64,000 nt of DNA from IMG/VR virus record IMGVR_UViG_3300035698_022738, positions 1 through 64,000 of that record. The stretch is one strand, 5' to 3'. The notes beneath the pieces are model-generated. The model made no database searches. It saw only the letters and a program-made list of their open reading frames with translations, and had not been told where the DNA came from. The stretch's first letter is position 1. Every line of letters starts with the position of its first letter. Both the position numbers and the translations under genes were made by a program. This stretch comes from a virus. Positions 9,731 to 19,006 of this stretch are shown here, one piece after another.

Positions 9731-11397
9731 GCATTTTATCGGATGTTAAAGAAGCCTTGACTTTTGTTGAGTTGGATACAAGACTCAAACATCTTCCAGG
9801 ACAACATGACCAAGCAAGCCATGGGAGCTGGGCAAGCGGAACTTTTCGGAATGTCACTCAGTATATTGATCCGGACGAAGCTCGCAGGGCCAGGGCCTAC
9901 AATCCATCGGGACAGTCACTCACCGATATGTTTGCTTCCCAAGAGGATGAGGATGATTGGGTATGGTCAGAGGATGAGGGTGATTGGGTGTGGACAGGGG
10001 AGGATGAGACTCCGACTCTGGATAAGCCTTCCGACTGGAACAAGGCTGCTATCGAGGAGTTTGGGCTCACATATGATCTGGCAGAGGCCGGATATGTTCT
10101 CACCAATGGAGACATGCTAGATTTCAGTGGAAAACGTGAGGGAGGTTCTCCAGGTGTGCGCTCATATGACCATAGACAAATAGGTGTGGCATTTGAGGAT
10201 TACGACATAGAGACACTGGGTGGAACTGACGGCATGATGTACTTCATGCAGGAATCCGGTGCTATCAGAATTAGTTACTATGGGGATGATGTAACAATAG
10301 ACATTGCTGCATATCCAACCACAAAGCAATTTGATTGGTTGAAAGAGATAGATGAGCAATATCCCATAATTTGGGATGTGACCGATCCGGCTACCGGGTA
10401 CAGACTGGATTCCGGAGAAGGGTTTAGGGATTTGAGGAGTGCGATTAGTGATGCCTACAATGACCCAAAAACGGGGTTTAAGCATCTCCCTGGTCAGCAT
10501 GAACAGATTTCACATGGCAATTGGGCAGACAGGTTGTCCTATTATAGAGACCAAAGACAAGAAATGTCGGATCAAGAATGGTCTGAGTTCAAACGCATTG
10601 AACGAGAGTGGATGCGCGGTCAATCCTCTATGTTCACTAAAGAGGAATGGGAGGCATTGAACGAGGCCTCCGATGATAAGCCTCTGCCAAGAGTAGGTGA
10701 ATCAACCAGTCCCCGGGTTGAATTTGATGTTGAAGATACATGCAGTCTGAGAATAGCACTCGATGAGCATAATATAAATCTGGATGATATCCAGGCAGTC
10801 GTTGATCTCAATATTGATGGTCTTGTGAGTCAGACAGAGGTCAGTGCTGACAACTCATATGATGATGACATTCGAGTGAAAAGTGAGATTGTAGATTCCG
10901 GCGGGAACTCCGTAGGGAATATTGAATTCAACATTACTTCATACTCTATTCGATTTGGTTACTTTAAGCTCGATAATCAGTATGGTCGCTCGGGGAACGC
11001 CGTAGAAATCATCAATGATATGGTGAGCCTAGGCCAGAGGGCTGGTATTGACAGAATTTCTCTTGAGGCTGACATTTCAATCGGAAAATACGCATGGGCA
11101 AAGCTTGGTTTTGATTACGACGGTTCCGATTATTCTCCGGAACAGGCGTCAGAAGTTTTTCAAAATTGGTTTAGTGATATGAGCTATCTCCATGGGTTAG
11201 ATGAGCCTCCGGATGGATGGCCCGAGTTTGAGTCAGCTATGCATGTAGCTGAATACGATCCTGGAATCTATGTCAAAGGGTCGAATATATCGAACAGAGA
11301 TGTACCAAAGGATATGACTTTACCACTCGGAAAGGCTTTCATGTTGGATGATAGAGGTCATGGAAAGTGGCACGGAGAGCTCTACGTCTGGAACTAA
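9727..11397 (+). CDS. Motif-delimited polyprotein 4: 20-aa leader, unknown module, GNAT-like acetyltransferase module
   Basis: Two motif copies; second module has YFKLDNQYGRSGNA...ISLEA..IGKYAWAKLGF (GNAT motif A/B-like). Confidence 0.72.
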   Translation: MSILSDVKEALTFVELDTRLKHLPGQHDQASHGSWASGTFRNVTQYIDPDEARRARAYNPSGQSLTDMFASQEDEDDWVWSEDEGDWVWTGEDETPTLDKPSDWNKAAIEEFGLTYDLAEAGYVLTNGDMLDFSGKREGGSPGVRSYDHRQIGVAFEDYDIETLGGTDGMMYFMQESGAIRISYYGDDVTIDIAAYPTTKQFDWLKEIDEQYPIIWDVTDPATGYRLDSGEGFRDLRSAISDAYNDPKTGFKHLPGQHEQISHGNWADRLSYYRDQRQEMSDQEWSEFKRIEREWMRGQSSMFTKEEWEALNEASDDKPLPRVGESTSPRVEFDVEDTCSLRIALDEHNINLDDIQAVVDLNIDGLVSQTEVSADNSYDDDIRVKSEIVDSGGNSVGNIEFNITSYSIRFGYFKLDNQYGRSGNAVEIINDMVSLGQRAGIDRISLEADISIGKYAWAKLGFDYDGSDYSPEQASEVFQNWFSDMSYLHGLDEPPDGWPEFESAMHVAEYDPGIYVKGSNISNRDVPKDMTLPLGKAFMLDDRGHGKWHGELYVWN

Positions 11398-11430
11398 GGT
11401 GATATGCAAAGATAGTAAAAAGGTGGTACA

Positions 11431-11940
11431 ATGATCTCAATTGTTTTACCAAAGGGACACGAGTTGGAAGATGGAGAATCAGATGCTGAGTTCTGGTTTC
11501 CGTTGCTTGAAGAGGATGAGAATTTGGGACAGTTTGAAATCAAAAGGGGGAAGAAACCGATGACAGACCTTGGAAATCTTGATAAGAGTTTGAAGACGTT
11601 GGAGAGCTTGCTTGTACGAGAGAAAAAGAAGGGAATACCTCCGCTTTCGATGAAAATCCGCAAAGCGAAAACAGCTCAAGAGGTAGCTGAAAGAATTCAG
11701 TCCTCGTGGCTGGGCTATGGGGTCAGTGATCTGACACCTGTTGATGGTGGTGTGCAGATGACAATCACCAAAGGCGGGCAGGGGGGGACAGAAGTCAACG
11801 ATGATACGTTCAAGAATGCAATGAAATTTCTCTGGTACAAGGATTCCGGCTCAGGGACCTACACCCTGACAGGCTCTCCTTTTCCAGTCAAGGCTGAATT
11901 TGGCAGTAGCGATATTACGGTAACAGTAACCGACAAATAG
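11431..11940 (+). CDS. Hypothetical protein
   Basis: AAGGTGG RBS; 169-aa ORF in the operon context. Confidence 0.65.
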   Translation: MISIVLPKGHELEDGESDAEFWFPLLEEDENLGQFEIKRGKKPMTDLGNLDKSLKTLESLLVREKKKGIPPLSMKIRKAKTAQEVAERIQSSWLGYGVSDLTPVDGGVQMTITKGGQGGTEVNDDTFKNAMKFLWYKDSGSGTYTLTGSPFPVKAEFGSSDITVTVTDK

Positions 11941-11958
11941 ACGGGCCAGGTAGGTCAA

Positions 11959-13983
11959 TTGAATAGACCAAAAGTGTCGATTGTAATCCCTTGTTACCAG
12001 CATCAAACAATAGTGAAGAGAGCTGTAGCAAGTGCATTAGCACAAAAAAATGCGCCCAAATATGAGGTCATTGTTGTAGATGACGGCTCTGATCCGCCAG
12101 TTGCGGCGATGAGGGGAGTTCGTCTCATACGGCACGAAGAGAATAAGGGGTTGGCGGCTGCTTTGAACACGGGTGTACGTGCATCCAAAGCTAGCCGTTT
12201 TGTGATTCTGGCCTCTGATGACGAGCTCGATCCACTCTACATGAACGAGATGACTAAGCATAAGTCCGATATTGTCAGCTGTGACATGATGATATCTGAT
12301 GAGCATATCCTGATGAGATCTGGAAATTTATACAGGCTCAAGAAGGGGAACTGTCACTCATATGCAGCCCTGGTAACTAGAGATATGTTCAACAGAGTGG
12401 GTGGGTTCAAGAACATGAATCCATCCTGGGAGGATTATGAGTTTTGGTTGAATTGTGCAAAGCATGCAGCAAAGTGGAAGCATGTAAAGAAGCCTTTGCA
12501 CATCTACTATCACACAAAGGATGGGCGTAACGAGCAAGCTCAGGGAAAGGATCGCCTGCTAAACGGCCTGCTGCACGGCTACCACGAGGACCTGTATGGT
12601 CTGGGTATGGGGCTCGTTGGAGTGGTGATCCCCTGCTATAAGCATGAGGAGTTTGTTCTCGAGGCCGTGGAATCCTGTCTACATCAAAGCTACCCTCATG
12701 TTCAGGTTGTTGTGGTTGATGACGGGTCCCCTGGTGATGTTAAAGGAGCTTTGAAGGGAGTGAGTGACCCTGAACGGCTTTCAATCTTGAGGCAAGATAA
12801 CAGGGGCCTATCAGGGGCCAGGAATTCAGGCATACGCTATTTGATATCAAAATTCTATCCAGAATACACAATGATGCTTGACGCAGATGATATGATAGAC
12901 GAGAAATTCATCGAAACCACAATGACTGTGATGCAGGATAATGAGTTTGTGTACACGGATGTCCAGTTCTTTGGGGATGCTTGGCACATCTATGAGCTAC
13001 CGGAATGGGATAGGAATTTAATTCTCCGTAAGCATTTGCATCCGTGTACATTTCTTGCACCGTCTAAAATGTTCGATAACGTGATTGAAAGTCGTGGTTA
13101 TTGCTATGATGAGGATATGAAGGACGGCTATGAAGACTGGGAGTTCAGCATTGCATGTGCGATGTGTGACTGGAATGGAAAACGTGTGCCACAGCCTCTT
13201 TTTCAGTATAGGCAGTTTCAAAATGGATCAATGAGAACTGAGGCAAACAAAAAGAACAAAGACCTTGCCAAGTATATTCGAGAGAAGCACAGTTGGATTT
13301 CGACTGGAGGTTGGAGACAAATGGCTGGATGTACATCTTGCGGAGGTAACAGAATGGCAAAGACAGGTCCAGGAGCTCTCAAGGTTATCGTTCCAGGAAT
13401 AGGTGAGGTAATCTGGGACACCCCGTTAAGTGTGGAGTACACTGGGATCACAACCAGCACCGTTACCAAGATTGGTCATGGAGGCCAAATCTATAAGTTT
13501 AGCGGTGATCTCGAAAAGCAGGCAAGGGGGTATGGACCCCGATTTATTGCGAAGGCTGTAGACGCCCATCTCTTCTCAGGCCCATTTGAGCTGAATCCAA
13601 TCAGTAGTGAACCCGAAGTACAAAGAGATGAAGAGGCGGAAACACTTCAGATCGAGAGGGCTCCGGTTGTTCAAGACCCCAAGGGAACGAGGCTGGTTGA
13701 TCTGCGAAGGCCTTTGACGGAAGAAGAGACTGAAAAGAAAAAGGAACAAGAGTTCGAGGAAATTCAGGAGCGGGCGGCTGCGGTTGTGATTGCCTCTGAT
13801 GACCTAACACAAATCAAAGGTGTTGGGCCAGCTTATGAGGAAAAGCTAAAAGCTGCTGGGTATACTTTCCTTGTCGATCTTGCTGGGGCACACTCCGATG
13901 AGTTGAGTCTGCTGCTGGGGATCAAATCTGAAAAGGCTGAATCGTTGATTGCAGCCGCTCTGGCAGTGATGAATGAATCTTAG
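11959..13983 (+). CDS. Tandem GT2 glycosyltransferase fused to a CxxC domain and a C-terminal helix-hairpin-helix
   Basis: Two IVIPCY...VVDDGS...GL..A.N.G...EDY/WEF units; DDLTQIKGVGP HhH motif. Confidence 0.88.
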   Translation: MNRPKVSIVIPCYQHQTIVKRAVASALAQKNAPKYEVIVVDDGSDPPVAAMRGVRLIRHEENKGLAAALNTGVRASKASRFVILASDDELDPLYMNEMTKHKSDIVSCDMMISDEHILMRSGNLYRLKKGNCHSYAALVTRDMFNRVGGFKNMNPSWEDYEFWLNCAKHAAKWKHVKKPLHIYYHTKDGRNEQAQGKDRLLNGLLHGYHEDLYGLGMGLVGVVIPCYKHEEFVLEAVESCLHQSYPHVQVVVVDDGSPGDVKGALKGVSDPERLSILRQDNRGLSGARNSGIRYLISKFYPEYTMMLDADDMIDEKFIETTMTVMQDNEFVYTDVQFFGDAWHIYELPEWDRNLILRKHLHPCTFLAPSKMFDNVIESRGYCYDEDMKDGYEDWEFSIACAMCDWNGKRVPQPLFQYRQFQNGSMRTEANKKNKDLAKYIREKHSWISTGGWRQMAGCTSCGGNRMAKTGPGALKVIVPGIGEVIWDTPLSVEYTGITTSTVTKIGHGGQIYKFSGDLEKQARGYGPRFIAKAVDAHLFSGPFELNPISSEPEVQRDEEAETLQIERAPVVQDPKGTRLVDLRRPLTEEETEKKKEQEFEEIQERAAAVVIASDDLTQIKGVGPAYEEKLKAAGYTFLVDLAGAHSDELSLLLGIKSEKAESLIAAALAVMNES

Positions 13984-14338
13984 CTGGTTGCCGTCCTGGT
14001 TAAGGGTTGTTATATACGCTCTGGCTGTATTCAGGCTGACTCATTTGGTTTTGAGGGAGGCGGGACCCTTCGACATCTTTGTGAGATTGAGAGCCTTGCT
14101 CGGAGCTTACGAAAGACTGGAAGTGTCAAAGAATGGTGAGGTCATAGCCATACAGACCTCGAAGGGCTTTTGGACTGATTTGTTTTCCTGTCCTTACTGT
14201 CTGTCTGGCTGGTTTGCCATCATTGCAGCTGTCGGGCTCGCCTCAGATTTCTTGTGGCTCGATCTGATCGCCCTCTGGCTTTGTGTGTGGGCAATTGTAT
14301 TCTTTGTCTTTAGGGCATTAGAGAGGGGTGAGGGATGA
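13973..14338 (+). CDS. Membrane protein, DUF1360-like
   Basis: LAVFRLTHL..E.GPF...LFSCPYCLSGW plus hydrophobic helices. Confidence 0.65.
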   Translation: MNLSWLPSWLRVVIYALAVFRLTHLVLREAGPFDIFVRLRALLGAYERLEVSKNGEVIAIQTSKGFWTDLFSCPYCLSGWFAIIAAVGLASDFLWLDLIALWLCVWAIVFFVFRALERGEG

Positions 14339-15213
14339 GAATCCTGATAACAGGAGGCCTGGGGTATATCGGGGGCTATCTGGCAAAAGAGCTAAAGAGA
14401 GATGGACACGATGTTATCCTTCTTGATACTCTGTTCAATGCGGCATGGAATGCCAATGAGTTCAACGAGTTTGGAATTATGAGGGACAGCGTTACAAACA
14501 TTGATGTCGTTTCAAGGGCGTTGAAGGGTGTCGATGTTGTCTATCATCTGGCGGCCAGGATGGATTGGTCACAAGCCTTTAGGCACCCGATCAAGCTGTA
14601 CAGGACAAATGTACTGGGGACAGCCAACGTTTTGACAGCTGCCAGGGATGCCGGGGTTGACCAAGTTGTTGTGGCCTCATCAGCTGCGGTCTATGGAAAC
14701 GTGGATTATGCAGATGAGGACTGCCTGCCGATGCCCATCAATTCCTATGGCTGTACCAAGTTAGCCATGGAGGCTGTCTGTCGTGATTTTGGTATCATGG
14801 GGCTGAATGTTGTTGTTCTCAGGTTCTTCAACGTTTGGGGTGGCATGGTATCCCGATCTGTTGTCAATAAATTTGTAGATGGGCACTCGTCAATCTATGG
14901 AGACGGGGGACAAACACGAGACTTTGTTTACATTGGTGATGTCATTTCTGCTCTCATGCAAGCCCGTCTCTGGGACCCCCTAATCTACAACATTGGGACT
15001 GGGGTATCTATCTCAGTTCAGGATTTGTGGAGCATGATAAGAACTGATAAACCGGAGCTTGAAGGGTTAAGGTCTGGACAGCCTGAAATCTATATGTCAG
15101 GAGCTGACATGGATTCTACCTACCGTCGTGTACCTTGGAGACCAAAAGTAATGATCTCTGAGTTGAAAAAGACAGACATCATTAGACTGTCTTTGTCTGA
15201 ATCGCTTGATTAG
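14335..15213 (+). CDS. NAD-dependent nucleotide-sugar epimerase/dehydratase (extended SDR)
   Basis: GGLGYIG, HLAA, SSAAVYG, YGCTK (YxxxK), RFFNVWG, RDFVY. Confidence 0.92.
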   Translation: MRILITGGLGYIGGYLAKELKRDGHDVILLDTLFNAAWNANEFNEFGIMRDSVTNIDVVSRALKGVDVVYHLAARMDWSQAFRHPIKLYRTNVLGTANVLTAARDAGVDQVVVASSAAVYGNVDYADEDCLPMPINSYGCTKLAMEAVCRDFGIMGLNVVVLRFFNVWGGMVSRSVVNKFVDGHSSIYGDGGQTRDFVYIGDVISALMQARLWDPLIYNIGTGVSISVQDLWSMIRTDKPELEGLRSGQPEIYMSGADMDSTYRRVPWRPKVMISELKKTDIIRLSLSESLD

Positions 15214-15236
15214 AGTCCGGCTGGGAGGCCTATATA

Positions 15237-16085
15237 ATGCGAGTAGCTGTGTTTGGAGCGGGTTACTGGGGTATCAACTATATCAGGGAGTTGGGGAAGT
15301 ACGTTGAATTTGTAATAGAACCAAATGCTGAGAGAGCTGAGGTTGTGCGGAAAAAGTATGGAGTTGCAGTCTATCCTGACCTGCCAGAGGTGTATTTTGA
15401 TGCAGCCGTTGTAACAACACCTCCCGAGCATCATGTCAGGATTGCAAAACCAATCCTGGCCTCCGGCAGGAAAGTATTGATCGAAAAGCCGTTGGCTATG
15501 TCAGTCAATGAGGCCAAAGAGCTTCAGCCCTACGCAGAAAATTGCATGGCCGCTCTGGTCTACCTCTTTCACCCAACTGTCGAAACTCTCAGGAAAGAAG
15601 CTAGCGCGAGGATAGAATTCAAGCAGCTGTCTCATATATGTAGTCGTAGGACAAATGCAGGTCCTGTCAGACCATGGCAGACTGCAATGCACGACCTGGC
15701 TCCTCATGATATTTCCATTTTCAATTATGTACTGGAAAGCTCTCCGAAGTGGGTAAGAGCGGCAGGAAACAACGACTGGACATTTTTGAACCTTGGCTAT
15801 GAACTCACCTCGGGGGAAACATACGATGCCATTTGCTATGTATCATGGCATGGAGGGGAAAAAATCAGAAGAATTGAACTTGTGTACACTCCAGAGCACT
15901 CGGAACGGTTTGTATTTGACGATGTATCCATTGTTCTGTCAATAACCCCCTTGAGACGTATGCTTGACTCATTCATGAACGGGCAATGGGAAAAGAGCAC
16001 TTTTGACGATGGAATGGCTGTTATGCAGGTCTTGCAATCGGCGGAGAAAAGTCTCGCTATGGGTGGGCGGGAGGTAAAATTGTGA
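15237..16085 (+). CDS. Gfo/Idh/MocA oxidoreductase (WbpB/WlbA-like sugar 3-dehydrogenase)
   Basis: GAGYWG, EKP, DLAPHD motifs; adjacent to a DegT aminotransferase. Confidence 0.85.
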   Translation: MRVAVFGAGYWGINYIRELGKYVEFVIEPNAERAEVVRKKYGVAVYPDLPEVYFDAAVVTTPPEHHVRIAKPILASGRKVLIEKPLAMSVNEAKELQPYAENCMAALVYLFHPTVETLRKEASARIEFKQLSHICSRRTNAGPVRPWQTAMHDLAPHDISIFNYVLESSPKWVRAAGNNDWTFLNLGYELTSGETYDAICYVSWHGGEKIRRIELVYTPEHSERFVFDDVSIVLSITPLRRMLDSFMNGQWEKSTFDDGMAVMQVLQSAEKSLAMGGREVKL

Positions 16086-17233
16086 GTACCTTACTAGGTC
16101 CTGATCTTCGTATTCTTGACCCAAAAATTCTCGAAAGAGTTGAAAGCGTACTCATGTCAGGACAGTTTATAAACGGTCCGGGGGTTGGGTTCTTTGAGAA
16201 GAGCTGGGCGGAAGTGACTGGCAGTGAGTATTGTGTTGGGGTTGCTTCTGGGTCGGCTGCACTCAAGTCAATACTCACCTATATCCGACGCAAATCTCCT
16301 GACAAGCAGAATGTTATCTTACCCAGGATATCCTTCTATGCGACGGCGGAAGCTGTTGTATCCGCTGGGTTTACACCCTATTATGTTGATGTCGGGCCAG
16401 ATGGGGGAATACTTGTTGGGGACGTTAAGAAAATCTTGGAAGGGGGAGGTACGATAAGCCCCCAGAGTATTGCAGCTGTCGTAGTTGTCCATCTGTATGG
16501 AAAAGCCCTTCAAATGAACACTCATATTCAAAAGCTTGCTCGGGAACTTGGAATTCCTTTTGTAGAGGACGCATGCCAAGCTCATGGTGTATTCAACAAG
16601 GATTTCCCGCATTACGGGATTGCAGCAGCCTATTCATTTTATCCGGCCAAGAATTTAGGGGCAGCTGGGGACGCAGGGGCCGTTGTAACAAACGATATGG
16701 AGTTGGCTGACTTTGTACGGGCATACATCAACTATGGTGATCCAAAGGGCCAGAAGTTCAATCATTCCCTGCTGGGTACAAATGAGAGAATGGACACAAT
16801 ACAGGCAGCTGTGTTGAATGGGAAACTAGAGAGTCTGAAATCTTGGAATAATCATAGGAGCCAGGTTGCTGGATATTATGCAGCCAGTGGACTGAAGTCA
16901 ATTGCTTCCCGGTCTGGTCTGGAAGTTGTCTCAAACTGGCACCTCTATCCAATATTAGTCAAAGAGCGGGATATTGTGATGGAACAAATGAGAACGGTCA
17001 GAAGGGTGTCTACGGGCAACCATTATCCATACACCTTGGATAGTTTGTTCCCTGGCGAGAGGGCTTTTGAATCACTCTGCTTCGGAGATTCCTACTCAAA
17101 AGTTCTTTCCGAGCATACAATGACTCTTCCCATAGGAACTCATGTTACAATGGAGATGGCTGCACAAGTAGTCAACGCCTTCCAATCAATTTGCAAAAGA
17201 GACAAGACATATACATGGAGGTTAAAAGAATGA
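16082..17233 (+). CDS. DegT/DnrJ/EryC1/StrS PLP sugar aminotransferase (WbpE/WlbC-like)
   Basis: [28 protein letters not shown] with the catalytic Lys. Confidence 0.92.
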
Positions 17234-17670
17234 TACGTGATGATGTTGTCATTGAAGGCGAATGTAAAATCGGAGAAGGCCTGGACACCGGATATTTCGT
17301 TGTGCTCCGGTCATGTACAATTGGGGACAATGTTTGTATTTGGAGCCACTCTACAGTTGATCCAGGGGCTGTAATTGGGGACAACGTTAAGTTACACAAT
17401 CACTCCTACGTGAGTCAGAATGTGATCATCGAGAGTGGTGTTTTTGTTGGGCCTGGAGCCATAATCCTGAACGACAAATACCCCCCTCGGTATAACCCGG
17501 ATGTATGGGAACCACCGAGAATTTGTACCGGGGCTGTAATTGGGGGAGGGGCAGTTATCCAACCTGGGGTCACAGTCGGAAAAGGTGCGATCATTGCCGC
17601 CGGAGCAGTAGTAACAAAGGATGTTCCACCAAATCAGCTTTGGGGTGGAATTCCGGCAAAGAGGATGTAA
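17230..17670 (+). CDS. Hexapeptide-repeat N-acetyltransferase (WbpD/WlbB-like)
   Basis: Left-handed beta-helix repeats, [15 protein letters not shown]...GIPAK; ATGA overlap gives the start at 17230. Confidence 0.9.
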   Translation: MIRDDVVIEGECKIGEGLDTGYFVVLRSCTIGDNVCIWSHSTVDPGAVIGDNVKLHNHSYVSQNVIIESGVFVGPGAIILNDKYPPRYNPDVWEPPRICTGAVIGGGAVIQPGVTVGKGAIIAAGAVVTKDVPPNQLWGGIPAKRM

Positions 17671-17671
17671 C

Positions 17672-18268
17672 ATGAAAGCTTTGGACAATGCTGCAAAGGT
17701 GTGGAACGATCCTGAGCCTCTTGAGAGAGCCTGGGAAACAATGGATCAGAAGAAGGAACTGGAAAAATGGGTATCATCTGAATGGGTAGGACAGGCCGAT
17801 AAGATTGCTGATCTGGAGTGTGGAACTGGCAGGTATGCTGATGTACTTGAATATTCCTGGTACAAAGGCTTCGACACCAGCACCCCTATGATCAAGTTTG
17901 CTGAGGCAAAGGCCAAGGACAGGGGAAGGGAGAACGCTGAGTTCACCTGTGTCGATGTCCTGAGTTACCAATCGACTGAGGCCTACGATCTTGTGCTCAT
18001 GATGGATGTAGCCCAGCATATTGATGAGCCCTTACAGGCAATCATGCAGGTTCTCAATCACTGGGTTGCAAACAGGTATATTTTTTCTGTTTTGGTTGGC
18101 CCCAAACGAGAACAGTTGATGAATTCTACGGTGATTCCATATGTAGAATTCGCAGACTTTTTGGTTGATATCACAGGGAAAAAGAAGAAATCTGTCTCTC
18201 TTCGGGTGGATCAGGTTGGGGGAGAACAGTTCAGAGCGGCGTATTTATATGTAGCAGGGGGAAAATAA
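17672..18268 (+). CDS. Class I SAM-dependent methyltransferase
   Basis: ADLECGTG motif I, GFDTS, YDLV. Confidence 0.8.
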   Translation: MKALDNAAKVWNDPEPLERAWETMDQKKELEKWVSSEWVGQADKIADLECGTGRYADVLEYSWYKGFDTSTPMIKFAEAKAKDRGRENAEFTCVDVLSYQSTEAYDLVLMMDVAQHIDEPLQAIMQVLNHWVANRYIFSVLVGPKREQLMNSTVIPYVEFADFLVDITGKKKKSVSLRVDQVGGEQFRAAYLYVAGGK

Positions 18269-18999
18269 TGCTATCACATACGATGGTAGGAGCAGTAACT
18301 CCAGGCCTTCATATCCGGAACGAGGAATACTGGATACATTACGTACTTCGAGATATTCTGAAGGTCTTTGGTCGGGCTGTTGTAATTGATACGGGAAGTA
18401 CGGATCAAACAACAGCAATCGTGAAAAAGACGTTTGATATGTATGGAACACCGGGTGAGTGCATCCTGGTCGAAGAGGACATGGGGACCGACGCAATAAA
18501 AATCGGTCAGTGTTCCACTCGATTACGAGGCATGATAAAGACCCCATGGATGCTGTTGGTAGACGGGGATGAGATATGGAGAACAACACAGCTCAAGAAC
18601 TTTTTGGATGCTTTGGAGGGTTTGCGAGTTGAAGATACCGAGGTTGGTCTGATAAAAGCTCGCAATATCATAGAGCACAATGATGTATTTGTAGAACGTG
18701 AGGGCTTTTCGGCAGACCGTCTTTTTTCTCCGGTAGTGAAATGGAGTAAGAGAAATGACTACCCGTTCCAAAGCCATGATCTTGAAGATAGAATCGATAG
18801 AGGGAAGTCATTTTACTTTTTGGGTGATGTGTTTTTCTGGCATGTTAGGCATATAATCAGGTCAAGCAATGAGCAAGTTGCCTACTTCCGCCAGGAAAAG
18901 AGGGATTATTTCCCATGGGATGGTCAATTTGAGGACCTACCCGAAGATTGGCTGGGCGACGTTGATCCAGCATTCCTAAATCCATATTTGAAAATATGA
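18268..18999 (+). CDS. Glycosyltransferase family 2-like
   Basis: RNEE, IDTGSTD, DGDE (DxD). Confidence 0.82.
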   Translation: MLSHTMVGAVTPGLHIRNEEYWIHYVLRDILKVFGRAVVIDTGSTDQTTAIVKKTFDMYGTPGECILVEEDMGTDAIKIGQCSTRLRGMIKTPWMLLVDGDEIWRTTQLKNFLDALEGLRVEDTEVGLIKARNIIEHNDVFVEREGFSADRLFSPVVKWSKRNDYPFQSHDLEDRIDRGKSFYFLGDVFFWHVRHIIRSSNEQVAYFRQEKRDYFPWDGQFEDLPEDWLGDVDPAFLNPYLKI

Positions 19000-19006
19000 G
19001 GTAACT

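Larger units (their letters stand above)
1..10527 (+). repeat. Dispersed 48-nt/16-aa coding repeat KHLPG[QR]H[DEN]QxxH[GE][NS]WA, 10 copies
   Basis: Copies at 1-39 (partial), 760-807, 1846-1893, 2503-2550, 3166-3213, 4704-4751, 5358-5405, 7632-7679, 9787-9834 and 10480-10527. Confidence 0.97.

Noticed and set aside
1-10527. Repeated motif read as a CRISPR array or as intein/self-splicing boundaries
   Set aside because: The repeats are in-frame coding, vary at synonymous sites and are 650 bp or more apart. There are no Cys/Ser...His-Asn intein termini and no cas genes.
11959-18999. Sugar cluster as a bacterial LPS/capsule locus (host contamination)
   Set aside because: It is contiguous and translationally coupled with phage genes on both sides, and lacks flippase, polymerase or export genes.
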